Of a DNA stretch of 64,000 bases, positions 40,169-51,029 are shown one piece after another. Under the pieces are notes generated by a model. The model was not told the DNA's origin. It saw only the letters and a program-made list of their open reading frames with translations, and did no database searches. Origin of the DNA: Bacteroidota bacterium (lineage in GTDB: Bacteria > Bacteroidota > Bacteroidia > SXHM01); NCBI GenBank assembly GCA_947479755.1, contig CANKAM010000015.1, positions 4,441 through 68,440 of the forward strand, written 5' to 3'. Both the position numbers and the translations under genes were made by a program. Every line of letters starts with the position of its first letter. Position 1 is the first letter of the stretch.

Positions 40169-42541
40169 ATGTATGTAATTAAAAGAGACGGCAGACGCGA
40201 GTCAATTAAGTTTGACAAAATAACCGCGCGCATTCAAAAGCTTTGCTACGGCTTAAATCCCATCGTTGACCCAGTGCCGGTGGCAATGAAAGTTATCAAA
40301 GGAATTTACGAAGGCGTTACAACCATCGAGTTGGATAACCTTGCTGCCGAAGTGGCGGCATCATTCACCATCAAACATCCTGACTATGCGCTATTAGCTT
40401 CACGCATTGCTGTTAGTAATCTGCATAAGATTACTAACAAATCGTTCTCAGGAACAATGAAAGCATTGTATGAGTATGTTGACCCTGTTACCGGTGAAAA
40501 CGCATCATTGCTTGCCAATGATGTTTATGAAATCATTGAGAAAAATGCAGAGCTTTTAGACTCAACAATTATTTACGATCGCGATTTCGGTTACGATTAT
40601 TTTGGATTTAAAACTTTAGAGCGTTCTTATCTTTTAAAATTAGATGGCAGAATTGCAGAGCGTCCGCAACACATGCTGATGCGCGTTTCTGTTGGTATTC
40701 ATAAAGATGATATTAACTCCGCAATTGAAACCTACAACCTGATGAGCGAGCGTTGGTTTACACACGCAACGCCAACACTTTTCAATGCAGGAACTCCAAA
40801 GCCACAAATGTCAAGTTGCTTTTTGTTAACCATGAAAAGCGACAGCATCGATGGTATTTACGATACATTAAAACAATGTGCTAAAATTTCTCAATCTGCT
40901 GGTGGAATTGGATTAAGCATCAATAACATTCGCGCAACAGGTTCATACATCAAAGGCACCAACGGAACATCCAACGGAATTGTGCCGATGCTTCGTGTAT
41001 TCAATGATACCGCACGTTATGTTGATCAGGGCGGAGGCAAACGCAAGGGCTCTTTTGCTATTTATCTGGAGCCATGGCATGCAGATGTTTTTGATTTCCT
41101 TGACCTGAAAAAGAATCATGGAAAAGAAGAAAATCGCGCACGTGATTTATTCTTCGCGTTGTGGGTTCCTGATTTGTTCATGAAACGTGTGGAAGAAAAT
41201 GGTGATTGGTCATTATTCTGCCCGCATGAAGCGCCTGGATTAGCAGATACTTACGGAGATGAATTTGAAACGTTGTATTTCAAATACGAAAAAGAAGGCA
41301 AAATGCGCAAGACTATTAAAGCGCAGGAATTGTGGTTCGCCATTTTAGAATCACAAACTGAAACAGGCACACCTTACATGCTTTACAAAGATGCCTGCAA
41401 CAAAAAATCAAATCAAAAAAACCTCGGAACAATCAAAAGCAGCAATCTCTGCACCGAGATTATTGAATACACATCACCTGAAGAAGTTGCAGTTTGTAAT
41501 CTTGCTTCTATTGCATTGCCTCACTTTGTGATTGACGGTCAACTTGATCACCAGAAACTATTTGAGGTAACGTATGTAATCACTAAAAATCTGAACAAAA
41601 TTATTGACAGGAATTTTTATCCTGTTGAAGAAGCACGCAGAAGCAACATGCGTCACCGTCCTATCGGAATTGGTGTTCAGGGATTGGCAGATGCTTTCAT
41701 TCTCTTGCGCATGCCTTTTGATTCAAACGAAGCGAAAAAATTGAATAAAGAAATTCACGAAACCATTTACTATGCTTCCATGACCGCGTCCAAAGACCTT
41801 GCAAAGGTTGATGGTGCTTATGAAAGCTATGAAGGCTCACCAGTTTCCCAAGGGGTTTTCCAATTCGACATGTGGGGTGTTACTCCTTCCAGCCGCTGGG
41901 AATGGGATATTCTGAAAGATGAAGTGAAAAAACACGGAGTAAGAAACTCATTGCTGCTTGCACCCATGCCAACAGCTTCTACGTCACAGATACTTGGCAA
42001 TAACGAGTGTTTTGAGCCCTACACTTCTAACATTTACACACGCAGAGTATTGTCAGGAGAATTTATTGTGGTGAACAAACACCTGCTGAAAGACCTTGTA
42101 AATCTAGGCTTGTGGAATGACGGATTGAAAAACGATCTTATCGCTGCCAATGGCTCTGTACAAAATCTTGATGTAATTCCTCAAAACATAAAAGACCTTT
42201 ACAAAACGGTTTGGGAAATAAAACAAAAAGACCTGATTGATATGGCTGCTGACCGCGGAGCATATATCTGCCAAAGCCAATCGTTAAATCTTTTCGTTCA
42301 AAATCCGAATTTTGGGAAGCTAACTTCGATGCACTTTTATGCTTGGAAAAAAGGCCTGAAAACAGGAATGTATTACCTGCGAACCAAAGCTGCAACAGAT
42401 GCAATTAAGTTCACTGTTGAGAAACAAGCAGCGGTTCAACCAGAAGTTGTACAGGTAGCACCTAAAACTGTTGAAGAACAACAGGCAGCAATTGCATGCT
42501 CATTAGATGATCCGGATAGTTGCGAGGCTTGCGGTAGTTAA
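40169..42541 (+). CDS. nrdA: Ribonucleoside-diphosphate reductase class Ia alpha (R1) subunit
   Basis: It has an ATP-cone ([20 protein letters not shown]), a catalytic Cys/Asn/Glu region (..SSNLCTEI..) and a C-terminal Cys pair (CEACGS). The length is 790 aa. Confidence 0.95.
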   Translation: MYVIKRDGRRESIKFDKITARIQKLCYGLNPIVDPVPVAMKVIKGIYEGVTTIELDNLAAEVAASFTIKHPDYALLASRIAVSNLHKITNKSFSGTMKALYEYVDPVTGENASLLANDVYEIIEKNAELLDSTIIYDRDFGYDYFGFKTLERSYLLKLDGRIAERPQHMLMRVSVGIHKDDINSAIETYNLMSERWFTHATPTLFNAGTPKPQMSSCFLLTMKSDSIDGIYDTLKQCAKISQSAGGIGLSINNIRATGSYIKGTNGTSNGIVPMLRVFNDTARYVDQGGGKRKGSFAIYLEPWHADVFDFLDLKKNHGKEENRARDLFFALWVPDLFMKRVEENGDWSLFCPHEAPGLADTYGDEFETLYFKYEKEGKMRKTIKAQELWFAILESQTETGTPYMLYKDACNKKSNQKNLGTIKSSNLCTEIIEYTSPEEVAVCNLASIALPHFVIDGQLDHQKLFEVTYVITKNLNKIIDRNFYPVEEARRSNMRHRPIGIGVQGLADAFILLRMPFDSNEAKKLNKEIHETIYYASMTASKDLAKVDGAYESYEGSPVSQGVFQFDMWGVTPSSRWEWDILKDEVKKHGVRNSLLLAPMPTASTSQILGNNECFEPYTSNIYTRRVLSGEFIVVNKHLLKDLVNLGLWNDGLKNDLIAANGSVQNLDVIPQNIKDLYKTVWEIKQKDLIDMAADRGAYICQSQSLNLFVQNPNFGKLTSMHFYAWKKGLKTGMYYLRTKAATDAIKFTVEKQAAVQPEVVQVAPKTVEEQQAAIACSLDDPDSCEACGS

Positions 42542-42562
42542 GAAATAATCGATAAAATAAAA

Positions 42563-42592
42563 AAGCCACGCTTTTAGTGTGGTTTTTTTATT
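42563..42592. terminator. Probable rho-independent terminator after nrdA
   Basis: The sequence aaagccacgcttttagtgtggttttttt is a short stem followed by a U-run. Confidence 0.4.
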
Positions 42593-43652
42593 TGCAGTAA
42601 ACTATGTTTTCTAAAATCAATGCCAGCCTGTGTGCTTCACATTTATATTTTAAATGGAATAAAGAATTTCCGGCAAGGTTGTAAGTAATTGGATTTTCAA
42701 ATGCGGTGAGTAATCCTGCATGAAAGAATGACCACCGATGATTAGTAAGCTGACCGGGATTTACAATTCCGATTGTATTACTTTTTGCACCCAACCTAAT
42801 TAGTGAAGTCGAAAGAATAACTCTATTCATCTCATCACTTTCCTTTTCAATCAAAGAATTTAAATCAGCTATAATTTTGGATTTTATTTCTGACAATCCA
42901 TGTACCTCGTATTTTTCCAGCAAACGTGCAACATGATACAAAATCACAGCCGCAGAAGGATATGAATGAGAAGCATAAAATGGCTTCTCTAAATATTTTT
43001 TCTTCTCAATCGCTGAACAAATAAAGGAAATGGAATCGAGGTCATGTTGATTTAATTCCAGTTTATTCTGAAAAACAAAATACAGGATATTGCACAGCAC
43101 ACAAACATCAAACTCAATGAACATATTCTTCCCGAAGAAAGTGGAATATGCTTTCAGGTTTTTGTATTCGGGAAAAGTATTGGTGATTTGCTTTTTGCTG
43201 AGATTGGCATGTTGTGCTAATTTATTTTTCAGCCACAAAGCTGTTTCGCAGCTTGGATTTAAAGTCAGGTAAATCAGTGAAGTATCATCTGCATCATCTG
43301 GTATTCGAACTTTTTTAACACGAGATAAAATTTTTCCGTTAGGGAAATGCGGAGAACCATCTGTTCTCCAGAAGTTATAAGTATCAAGTCCGTCTTTATT
43401 TTTATAATCAGGATAATTAGTAATTGCTTTTGTGCAAATTTCGTCCGCAAGTTTTTTTTCTTCCTGCGATAATTTCTCTCGCAGATTTTGAAGAATAAAA
43501 ATAATGCTTGCCGTAAAAAAAATGTTGTTGTCTTCGCGCTCAAAAGGAAAATACAGATGAAAACACTGTGAAGGAAAAATTCCGGGAGCATAATATTTGT
43601 CTCCTTTTGACTGAAGTTCTGAAATTTTTAAAAGCAGTTCTGTCGAGGACAT
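42588..43652 (-). CDS. Uncharacterised 354-aa all-helical protein, translationally coupled to the sirtuin gene
   Basis: The start ATG overlaps the cobB stop (TGATG on the coding strand). It contains ..RIPDDADDTSLIYL.. (DxDDT(S)), a motif reminiscent of class II terpene-cyclase/alpha-alpha-toroid proteins. No confident family assignment could be made. Confidence 0.5.
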   Translation of the reverse strand: MSSTELLLKISELQSKGDKYYAPGIFPSQCFHLYFPFEREDNNIFFTASIIFILQNLREKLSQEEKKLADEICTKAITNYPDYKNKDGLDTYNFWRTDGSPHFPNGKILSRVKKVRIPDDADDTSLIYLTLNPSCETALWLKNKLAQHANLSKKQITNTFPEYKNLKAYSTFFGKNMFIEFDVCVLCNILYFVFQNKLELNQHDLDSISFICSAIEKKKYLEKPFYASHSYPSAAVILYHVARLLEKYEVHGLSEIKSKIIADLNSLIEKESDEMNRVILSTSLIRLGAKSNTIGIVNPGQLTNHRWSFFHAGLLTAFENPITYNLAGNSLFHLKYKCEAHRLALILENIVYCK

Positions 43653-44347
43653 CAGGCAGCAAATTCTTTAATCAGTTTTTCAGCTAAATCAGGTAAGCCT
43701 TTCCCGGCATTTTCTTTAATCACACGTATATCAGCAAAGTTGTAAACCAGATCAGGATGCGGATCTACATAAAATTTAGGAATATCAGCAGAAGCATAAT
43801 CAAGCAGATTGGCTGCAGGATAAGCGTTGAGTGAAGTTCCTGCCACAATAAAAATATCTGCCTGCTGAACCAATTCTATTGCATTATCCATTTCAGGAAC
43901 AGCTTCACCAAACCACACAATGTGCGGACGAAGCTGATAGCCTTTCTCGCAACGTTCACCCGTTTTCAGCTCCCAACCATTGATATCATAAATCAAATTT
44001 GGATAAGCAGAGCTGCGCGCTTTTTTTATTTCACCGTGCAGGTGCACTACTTTTTTTGAACCTGCACGCTCATGTAAATCATCAATGTTTTGGGTGATAA
44101 CTTGAACTTTAAAATGCTTTTGCAACTCTGCAATTGCAAGATGTCCTGCATTTGGCTTGGCTTCTAATGCCTGCTTTCTGAGTTGGTTATAAAATTCCTG
44201 AACCAGCGCAGGATTTTTAGACCAGGCCTGTGGTGTAGCAACATCTTCAATTTTGTGTTCTTCCCACAAACCTCCGCTGTCGCGGAATGTTTTAATACCA
44301 CTTTCAGCGCTTATTCCTGCTCCTGTAAAAACAACCAATCGCTTCAT
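43652..44347 (-). CDS. cobB: NAD-dependent protein deacylase, Sir2 family (short zinc-less bacteroidete CobB type)
   Basis: It has GAGISAESGIKTFRDSGGLWE, QNIDDLHERAG, a catalytic H in ..HLHGEI.., and ..LRPHIVWFGEAVPE... The length is 231 aa. Confidence 0.85.
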   Translation of the reverse strand: MKRLVVFTGAGISAESGIKTFRDSGGLWEEHKIEDVATPQAWSKNPALVQEFYNQLRKQALEAKPNAGHLAIAELQKHFKVQVITQNIDDLHERAGSKKVVHLHGEIKKARSSAYPNLIYDINGWELKTGERCEKGYQLRPHIVWFGEAVPEMDNAIELVQQADIFIVAGTSLNAYPAANLLDYASADIPKFYVDPHPDLVYNFADIRVIKENAGKGLPDLAEKLIKEFAA

Positions 44348-44356
44348 TTTTAAAAT

Positions 44357-47035
44357 TTATTCAAATTCAATCTTCATCTCCGTTTCTTCTTTTTTATTCT
44401 GGTCTGCTTTCACTTTTTTTAAAATCTTTTTCTTCTCCTTCTCGGATTTTCCGACAGTATCAGGCATTTCATCCCATTCAATTTTCAGTTCTGCATTTTT
44501 CTCTTGTTCTTTTTTTTTGAAAGAAGCAGTGTCCTTTTTAAACCAACCAAACTCTTCATTCAACAAAGCTTTCATGTTCTGGTTTTCTTTTTTCATATCG
44601 CTCTTAATTTTATCCCTCACAGATTTATTGTCATACGAAAACTTATAATCGCCCCCACTTCCTTTCATAGTCAAATAAAGCGAGGTTTTTCCTCGACCAT
44701 CATCCTCAAGATAACCAAACTCTTCGTTTTCTTTTTTTGCTTTACGAGCTTTTCCGAACAAAATATCAGAAAGAAAAACCCGGAAATGATACTCCACATC
44801 GTTGTTAAAACCATGTGTTCCCGAAACATCAAGGTCAAGTGCAGAGGATTGAATTTTCATCAACGGGATAATTACCTGCTTATCTTTTATCTCAATATTG
44901 TTGCTCATGCTGGCAAATTTCACATGGTTCAGATCTTCGACTTTAATAAACCTTGAAAGCTCCTGCAGCGGTTTGAAATCAACCAACTCGCCTTTACTGA
45001 TTGCAAGATTGCTTTTCACAACCAGTTTGGATAAATCCATTTTCAATGACGATGACAATACTCCGGAAAGATTAATGTTTGCAGTTGCTCTTCCTCTCAG
45101 ATTTTCATCTGTTATAAATTTTTGTCCGAAATTTTCGCACTCATAAAATAGTTGTTGTACATCAATATCAGAAATTACTGTATTGCATAAAATATCAAAA
45201 TTATTTTCCGGATTTTTCATTAGTGAAAGGTCTGCTTTTGCCAACCCGCTCATTCCGGTGAATGCAAGATTGGTTGCAGTAAAATAAGCGTCTTTTAACT
45301 TAACAACACCTTGAATTTTCTTTGCTGAAAACTTTCTAAATCTTAATTCTTCAGCAGAAAACATCAGATCAAAAGCTAGGTTGGGCGAAAGATTGAGATG
45401 ATATTCTTCATTAGTGACAGTTGTTGTTTCTGTTACATTTCCTTCTTCCAGCAATTGGTCAAGGTTAATGAGTTTTGATTTTGCAGTTGCATTAATATAA
45501 AGTTGTTGGTCAGGCAAAAGAAAGTATTGTAGAATATTTCGGAAATACCCGGTGAGTGCAAAATCGGTTCCTGAAATAACTCCTGAGAAGTTTTCAATTT
45601 TAAGTTCGTTGTTATGGAATGCAAAATCACCGTTGAGTTCTTTAAAGCTACGTTTATTCCCTTTCAATTTGAATAGGGCATTTCTAAGAGCAACGTTTCC
45701 TGAAGTAGTAGCCTGAGTGATTTCGGCAGCGGTAATATTTTCAATATCAGCGAATAAAGCACGGAAAGACGCATTGAGTGATGCATTACCTGAAATTTCT
45801 TCCAGTGTATCAATGTGTAAAAAATGAGCTAATTTCTCAAGGTCAAATTCTGCATCCAACGTAGTCTGCACATCAGGATGCAAAAAATTACGAATGCTGA
45901 AAGCTCCGCTCAGCCTCCCGTCTGCAAGCGATGCATGAAAAGAAGAAACACTCAATATTGCTGTTTCGGGTTTACGGATATCCTTCATCGCATAATTTCC
46001 TTTTACACTTACTTCTTCCAACGAAACACCCGAAGGTTTATGACTGATGTCCCCTTTTTCAATTCCGAAATCTGCATTCAATGACGGAGAATTTCCTTCA
46101 CCGCTTTTGCCTTTATAATTTGCTTTAAAATAAAGACTGCCATCGCTGCTGTAGTCAGCCAGTTTTTTTGCAGCACTCTCTGGAAGCAATGAAATTATTT
46201 CGCTGACATCAAAGTTTTTACCTTCTACCATCAGATCGGTTTCACCACCTGCACAGGCTGAACGAATGCTACCAAACAAAGAAACCTCCATGGCAGCAAT
46301 CGTTATTTCCCCTTTTTCAAATGTGTAAATGCCTTCCTTAGAATTGACATTGAGTTCCAATTCAACAAGGAATTTTTTGTCGTGTAATATTTCTTTTTTG
46401 CTTTGCTCAAATGCAAGCAGTTGTCCTTCGCTTTCAATAGCAAGAGTAAATTGTTTTTCTGAAAAATCTCCATTCAGTTTTATGATTTTCTGATAAGAAG
46501 AAATATCTTGTCCCAACGCATCATCACGGTAATACAATCTTGTATCGCGAAACTTTACTTCATTCAACGCCAATGAAAAAGAAGAAGGAACAGTATCTTT
46601 TCGTGTTTTAAAAATTTCATAGTTGCCTTTACCTTCTTTGTCACGTGCTATTTTCACAACACCATGTTCTGCATTTATTTTTTTGATGTTGTAATTTTTG
46701 TTGATGATATCAAGCAGGTTAAAACCAAGATACACTTCACGGAAATAAAATAAGGTATCTTTTTTAGCACTTACTTCCCGCACAAACACTTCGTTAAGCT
46801 CTAATGAAACATACGGAAACTGTTGAAAGAGCGTAAGATTAACTTTGTCGCTGATGCTGACGGGTGTGAGCAATTCCTTGTTTACTTCGGCTAGCACATA
46901 GTCTTTTATTTTATCGCGGTAAAGGGTAGCCAAAACCACGCTTGTCAATGGAATCAGGACAACAAGCGAAAGCAAAACAATGAGTATTGTTTTGAAAATA
47001 GTAAATCGTTTCGACTGTTCCTGTACTTCTTCCAT
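44357..47035 (-). CDS. AsmA-family outer-membrane biogenesis protein (TamB/AsmA-like)
   Basis: It has a single N-terminal TM anchor, a long beta-rich periplasmic body of 892 aa, and a K/E-rich C-terminal tail. The architecture is typical of AsmA-like proteins. Confidence 0.65.
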   Translation of the reverse strand: MEEVQEQSKRFTIFKTILIVLLSLVVLIPLTSVVLATLYRDKIKDYVLAEVNKELLTPVSISDKVNLTLFQQFPYVSLELNEVFVREVSAKKDTLFYFREVYLGFNLLDIINKNYNIKKINAEHGVVKIARDKEGKGNYEIFKTRKDTVPSSFSLALNEVKFRDTRLYYRDDALGQDISSYQKIIKLNGDFSEKQFTLAIESEGQLLAFEQSKKEILHDKKFLVELELNVNSKEGIYTFEKGEITIAAMEVSLFGSIRSACAGGETDLMVEGKNFDVSEIISLLPESAAKKLADYSSDGSLYFKANYKGKSGEGNSPSLNADFGIEKGDISHKPSGVSLEEVSVKGNYAMKDIRKPETAILSVSSFHASLADGRLSGAFSIRNFLHPDVQTTLDAEFDLEKLAHFLHIDTLEEISGNASLNASFRALFADIENITAAEITQATTSGNVALRNALFKLKGNKRSFKELNGDFAFHNNELKIENFSGVISGTDFALTGYFRNILQYFLLPDQQLYINATAKSKLINLDQLLEEGNVTETTTVTNEEYHLNLSPNLAFDLMFSAEELRFRKFSAKKIQGVVKLKDAYFTATNLAFTGMSGLAKADLSLMKNPENNFDILCNTVISDIDVQQLFYECENFGQKFITDENLRGRATANINLSGVLSSSLKMDLSKLVVKSNLAISKGELVDFKPLQELSRFIKVEDLNHVKFASMSNNIEIKDKQVIIPLMKIQSSALDLDVSGTHGFNNDVEYHFRVFLSDILFGKARKAKKENEEFGYLEDDGRGKTSLYLTMKGSGGDYKFSYDNKSVRDKIKSDMKKENQNMKALLNEEFGWFKKDTASFKKKEQEKNAELKIEWDEMPDTVGKSEKEKKKILKKVKADQNKKEETEMKIEFE

Positions 47036-47116
47036 AGTTAAAAAGCGCTGTAAAGCTATTAACGTAAATGCAGAATAAAAATTGTTTTAGTTTTGAAGGC
47101 ATTAAATCTTAATTCT

Positions 47117-47668
47117 ATGGCCGAAACAGGAATTCTTAAAAAAGGGAAAACAGCCTTTATCATTATTGATGTTCAGGAACGGTTGATGCCCGTTATCTTT
47201 AATAACACTGAAGTTTTTGAAAATGTGAACCGATTGATAGAAGGCTCAAAAATACTGAGTGTTCCGCTTCTTATTACCGAACAATACCCTAAAGGATTAG
47301 GAAAAACCTGTGCAGAAGTAACCATTCCCGAAGGACAGGACGTGATTGAAAAGGTTTGCTTCTCGTGTTTGCTTTCAGATCCTGTGAATGAAAAACTGAA
47401 AGCACTGGGAATTGAACAGATTGTGCTTGCAGGCGTTGAAAGCCATATCTGTGTTTTAAAAACTGCTTTGGATGCATTGAACAGTGGTTTTCAGGTTCAT
47501 GTAGTAGCCGATGCAGTTTCATCACGTAAAGAATATAGCAAGCAAATTGCATTAGAAAGAATGCGACAAGCCGGTGCTTTTATTGCCACTACCGAAATGG
47601 TTCTTTTTCAATTGATGGATGCAGCAGGAACCGAAGAATTCAAACAAATCAGCAAATTAATACGATAA
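47117..47668 (+). CDS. Isochorismatase-family cysteine hydrolase (YcaC-like)
   Basis: It has ..TAFIIIDVQERLMP.. (Asp of the catalytic triad), ..VLAGVESHICVLKTALDA.. (catalytic Cys), and a fold length of about 183 aa. The ORF opens at 47093. Confidence 0.75.
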   Translation: MAETGILKKGKTAFIIIDVQERLMPVIFNNTEVFENVNRLIEGSKILSVPLLITEQYPKGLGKTCAEVTIPEGQDVIEKVCFSCLLSDPVNEKLKALGIEQIVLAGVESHICVLKTALDALNSGFQVHVVADAVSSRKEYSKQIALERMRQAGAFIATTEMVLFQLMDAAGTEEFKQISKLIR

Positions 47669-47672
47669 GAAA

Positions 47673-49451
47673 ATGAAAGACTATACACGCCTGTTCGACC
47701 TGCTTCCCTATCAGCAGTCAAATCATCCGCAAGAGATTTGTCTTGCGGAAAAAGTAACAGAAAACGGACAAAAGTTCTACAAAGGTTACAGTACACAGGA
47801 GTGTATCAACATCATTAATCAACTGAGTAAAGCCTTGCTGAAACTGGGTGTTAAGCCAAACGACAAAATCGGTTTGATTGCTAACAATCGTCCGCAATGG
47901 AATTTTGTTGATTTAGCTGCACAGCAAATAGGAGCTATAAATGTACCCATCTATCCTACTATTACTGAAAGTGAATACAAATTTATTTTCAACGATGCAG
48001 AGATTATTTACTGCTTTGTTTCGGATGCTGATTTGTATACAAAAATTCAAAGCATAAAATCTGATGTTCCTACATTGAAAGATGTTTTCACATTTAATGA
48101 AGTCGCAGGAGCAAGGAACTGGAAAACATTATTGGAAGAAGTAAGTGCTGATGACCTGAAGCAAATTGAAATACTTAAAGCAACAATAAAACCAAACGAT
48201 CTTGCTACCATTATTTATACTTCCGGAACTACAGGAAATCCAAAAGGTGTGATGCTTTCACACAACAACATCATCAGCAACATCAAATCAACACTTTCCA
48301 TTCAGCAAATGATGGTTGCAGGCAAACGAAGTATTAGTTTTTTACCACTTTGCCATAGTTTTGAACGCATGGTGGTTTATACGTACATGGCTGTTGGTAT
48401 GTCGGTTTATTATGCCGAAACATTAGAAACCATTGGCGAAAATCTAAAAGAAGTAAAACCTCATTTCTTTACCACCGTTCCGCGTCTGCTTGAAAAAGTG
48501 TATGAAAAAATATTGGAGAAGGGCAATGCTTTAGAAGGCTTCCGCAAGAAATTATTTTTCTGGAGCTTTGACTTAGGTTTAAAGTTTGAACTGAATAAAT
48601 TTCAGGGAATATCTTACACGCTTCAACTTGCCATTGCACGCAAATTAGTTTTCTCTAAATGGAAAGAAGCCCTGGGCGGAGAAGTGGAAGCTCTTGTAAG
48701 CGGTGCTGCTGCATTGAATGCAAAACTGGGAACGCTGTTTACCGGAGCAGGAATTCCTATTATTGAAGGTTACGGATTAACAGAGACTTCGCCTGTACTT
48801 ACCTCAAACCGCTTGGAAGAAAAGGACCGCAAACTCGGAACGATTGGTATTCCTATTCCGGGTGTTGAAATAAAAATTGCTGAAGACGGTGAGATACTTG
48901 CCAAAGGACCAAACATCATGTTGGGTTATTACAAACGCCCTGATTTAACAGCGGAGGTGATTGATAAAGAGGGCTGGTTTCACACCGGTGATATAGGAGT
49001 GTATGACGGAAATTTTCTGAAAATAACTGATCGCAAAAAAGAGCTTTTCAAAACTTCAGGAGGAAAATATGTTGCGCCACAACCTATTGAAAACAAAATG
49101 AAAGAATCTCCATTGATTGAGCAAGTGATGGTAGTTGGCAGCGAACGCAAATTTGTTTCGGGATTGATTGTACCTTCATTTGTGAACTTAGAAGCATGGT
49201 GCAAAAACAACAATGTTATTTTTCCGGGAACTGTGGGAGTAATACGAATTCCTGAAGTGATAGAGGCTATTCAGAAAGAGGTAGAACGCATTAATCAGGA
49301 TATTAATCATGTGGAGCAGATAAAGAAGTTTACACTCTTGCCAACAGAATGGGGCGTTGCAACAGGAGAACTTACTCCTACCATGAAACTGAAACGAAAA
49401 ATAATTCTGGAAAAATTCAGCGTAGAAATTGAGCAGATGTACAAAGAATAA
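47673..49451 (+). CDS. Long-chain-fatty-acid--CoA ligase (AMP-dependent synthetase/ligase)
   Basis: It has the AMP-binding motif IIYTSGTTGNPKGVMLSHNN, ..GYGLTETSP.. and ..TGDIG..DG.L.ITDRKKELFK. The length is 592 aa. Confidence 0.85.
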   Translation: MKDYTRLFDLLPYQQSNHPQEICLAEKVTENGQKFYKGYSTQECINIINQLSKALLKLGVKPNDKIGLIANNRPQWNFVDLAAQQIGAINVPIYPTITESEYKFIFNDAEIIYCFVSDADLYTKIQSIKSDVPTLKDVFTFNEVAGARNWKTLLEEVSADDLKQIEILKATIKPNDLATIIYTSGTTGNPKGVMLSHNNIISNIKSTLSIQQMMVAGKRSISFLPLCHSFERMVVYTYMAVGMSVYYAETLETIGENLKEVKPHFFTTVPRLLEKVYEKILEKGNALEGFRKKLFFWSFDLGLKFELNKFQGISYTLQLAIARKLVFSKWKEALGGEVEALVSGAAALNAKLGTLFTGAGIPIIEGYGLTETSPVLTSNRLEEKDRKLGTIGIPIPGVEIKIAEDGEILAKGPNIMLGYYKRPDLTAEVIDKEGWFHTGDIGVYDGNFLKITDRKKELFKTSGGKYVAPQPIENKMKESPLIEQVMVVGSERKFVSGLIVPSFVNLEAWCKNNNVIFPGTVGVIRIPEVIEAIQKEVERINQDINHVEQIKKFTLLPTEWGVATGELTPTMKLKRKIILEKFSVEIEQMYKE

Positions 49452-49492
49452 GTAATCACCTTATTCTTAATTTCGCACAGAATTTCCTTCCC

Positions 49493-50056
49493 GTGCTTAT
49501 TACCCATCCTAAACTAACCAAGCTTCTTCAACAGGCATATTCTGCTGAAAAAGCTGCTGCTTTTGCTTATCAGGGACATGCCGGTTCATTAAAAAATCAG
49601 GATGAAAAAATTCCTGTTCGCCAGATAGAACTTGACGAATGGAAACACCGCGAAGAAGTACTGAAGATAATGAAACAGTATCAAATTCCTGTTTCAAAAA
49701 AGTTTGAAGTTCAGTTTCATGTTATCGGCAAAATTATTTCAGGGAGTTGTTATGTTATCGGCTGGTTTATGCCTTATTACTTTGCGGGCAGATTAGAAAG
49801 CGGAAACGTATGCGAGTATTTTGTGATGATCCATTATTTTCATGAGTTGGGTATTAAGGAGCACGACCAGATACTATATGAAATGGCTATCAAAGAAAAA
49901 GAACACGAAGTTTTTTTTCTTGAAAAAGTAAAGGGAAGTAAGTTGTTGCCTTTCTTTGAAAAGCTGTTCAACTGGGGAAAGAAAAGCAGCTTTAATGATG
50001 TTGATCTGGAAAATAAATTTCCGGCAGAACAATCCGAAAGTTATTGCAAGAAATAA
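49493..50056 (+). CDS. Ferritin-like diiron protein (MiaE/Coq7-like hydroxylase family suspected)
   Basis: It has two E-x-x-H pairs (ELDEWKH.., ..KEKEHE..) in a four-helix pattern. It starts with GTG. The family assignment is tentative. Confidence 0.35.
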   Translation: MLITHPKLTKLLQQAYSAEKAAAFAYQGHAGSLKNQDEKIPVRQIELDEWKHREEVLKIMKQYQIPVSKKFEVQFHVIGKIISGSCYVIGWFMPYYFAGRLESGNVCEYFVMIHYFHELGIKEHDQILYEMAIKEKEHEVFFLEKVKGSKLLPFFEKLFNWGKKSSFNDVDLENKFPAEQSESYCKK

Positions 50057-50058
50057 CA

Positions 50059-50112
50059 CTTCGACAAGCTCAGTGTGACAATACGCTTGGGTCATCCTGA
50101 GCTTGTCGAAGG
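50059..50112. repeat. Imperfect 21-bp-arm inverted repeat (CTTCGACAAGCTCAG-TGTGAC ... GTCATCCTGAGCTTGTCGAAGG) between convergent genes
   Basis: The arms are 50059-50079 and 50091-50112. It is related to the GTCAYCCTGAGC REP family. Confidence 0.6.
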
Positions 50113-50134
50113 AGTGCGGGTGTATTACTATTTT

Positions 50135-51013
50135 TCAGTTTCTCTTATCTGCTCCCCACATCATTTTGTTGCGCAGGGTAGTTATAAAATTATCACCGGG
50201 AAAACGTACCAGACCTAAGGTAAATACACCTCTTGATATCTGAAGTTCAAATGAACTGGGTAAGGTAACCGAGCGTGAGTCCAATGTTGCAAGAAAATTT
50301 TCACTGCGGCTTTCTACTTTTAATTTTACTTTGCTTTTGTTAGAGATAACAAAAGGACGCACCGTTAAACCATGCGGTGCAATGGGAGTAATTACAAAGT
50401 TACCGCAACCGGGACTAAGAATAGGTCCTCCGCAACTGAGTGAATAACCGGTAGAACCTGTTGATGTGGCTATAATTAATCCATCGGCCCAATAGGAGTT
50501 TACAAATTCATCGTCCACCCAGGTATGAATGGTGATCATGCTGGAAGTGTCTTTTTTGGTAACGGTTATTTCATTCAATGCAAAATTATTTTCACCGAAA
50601 TAATCTGTTCCGTTTATAAAACTTACCAACGTACGCTGCTCAATCGAATAGTTTTTCTCAAAAATGTTTTGCAGTGCATGGTTAATATTTTCCTGCGAAA
50701 CACCGGAGAGAAATCCCAGTCTTCCGGTATTAATTCCCAAGACAGGAATTCCTGAACTGCCCACCAATAAAGCACTTTGCAGCAAGGTTCCATCCCCTCC
50801 TATTGAAAACAGAAAATCTACTTTGCCCTCAATATCTTCTTTTGATTCAAAAACTTTTGCGGCTGCAAGTGCAGGAATTTCATTTGGCAATTGTTGATGA
50901 AACTCGCGGTGAATAAAAACCTGAACATTATTTTCTGCCAGTTTTTTCAGTAATTCTGAAAAGCCGGAAAAGAAATCGGAGTTATATTTTTTGCCGTAGA
51001 GCGCAATGTTCAT
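50135..51013 (-). CDS. nadK: NAD(+) kinase
   Basis: It has the GGDGT motif (FSIGGDGTLLQ), NE/D..T. and ..ATSTGSTGYSLSCGGPIL... The length is 292 aa. Confidence 0.9.
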   Translation of the reverse strand: MNIALYGKKYNSDFFSGFSELLKKLAENNVQVFIHREFHQQLPNEIPALAAAKVFESKEDIEGKVDFLFSIGGDGTLLQSALLVGSSGIPVLGINTGRLGFLSGVSQENINHALQNIFEKNYSIEQRTLVSFINGTDYFGENNFALNEITVTKKDTSSMITIHTWVDDEFVNSYWADGLIIATSTGSTGYSLSCGGPILSPGCGNFVITPIAPHGLTVRPFVISNKSKVKLKVESRSENFLATLDSRSVTLPSSFELQISRGVFTLGLVRFPGDNFITTLRNKMMWGADKRN

Positions 51014-51029
51014 GTGTCAAATATAGGAA

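Noticed and set aside
43652-44347. The SIR2 gene as the effector of a Thoeris/DSR-like anti-phage system
   Set aside because: The protein keeps every canonical sirtuin deacylase motif and matches the short housekeeping bacteroidete CobB type, whereas defence SIR2 domains are highly divergent. I therefore call it a metabolic or regulatory sirtuin and flag only the unknown coupled partner.
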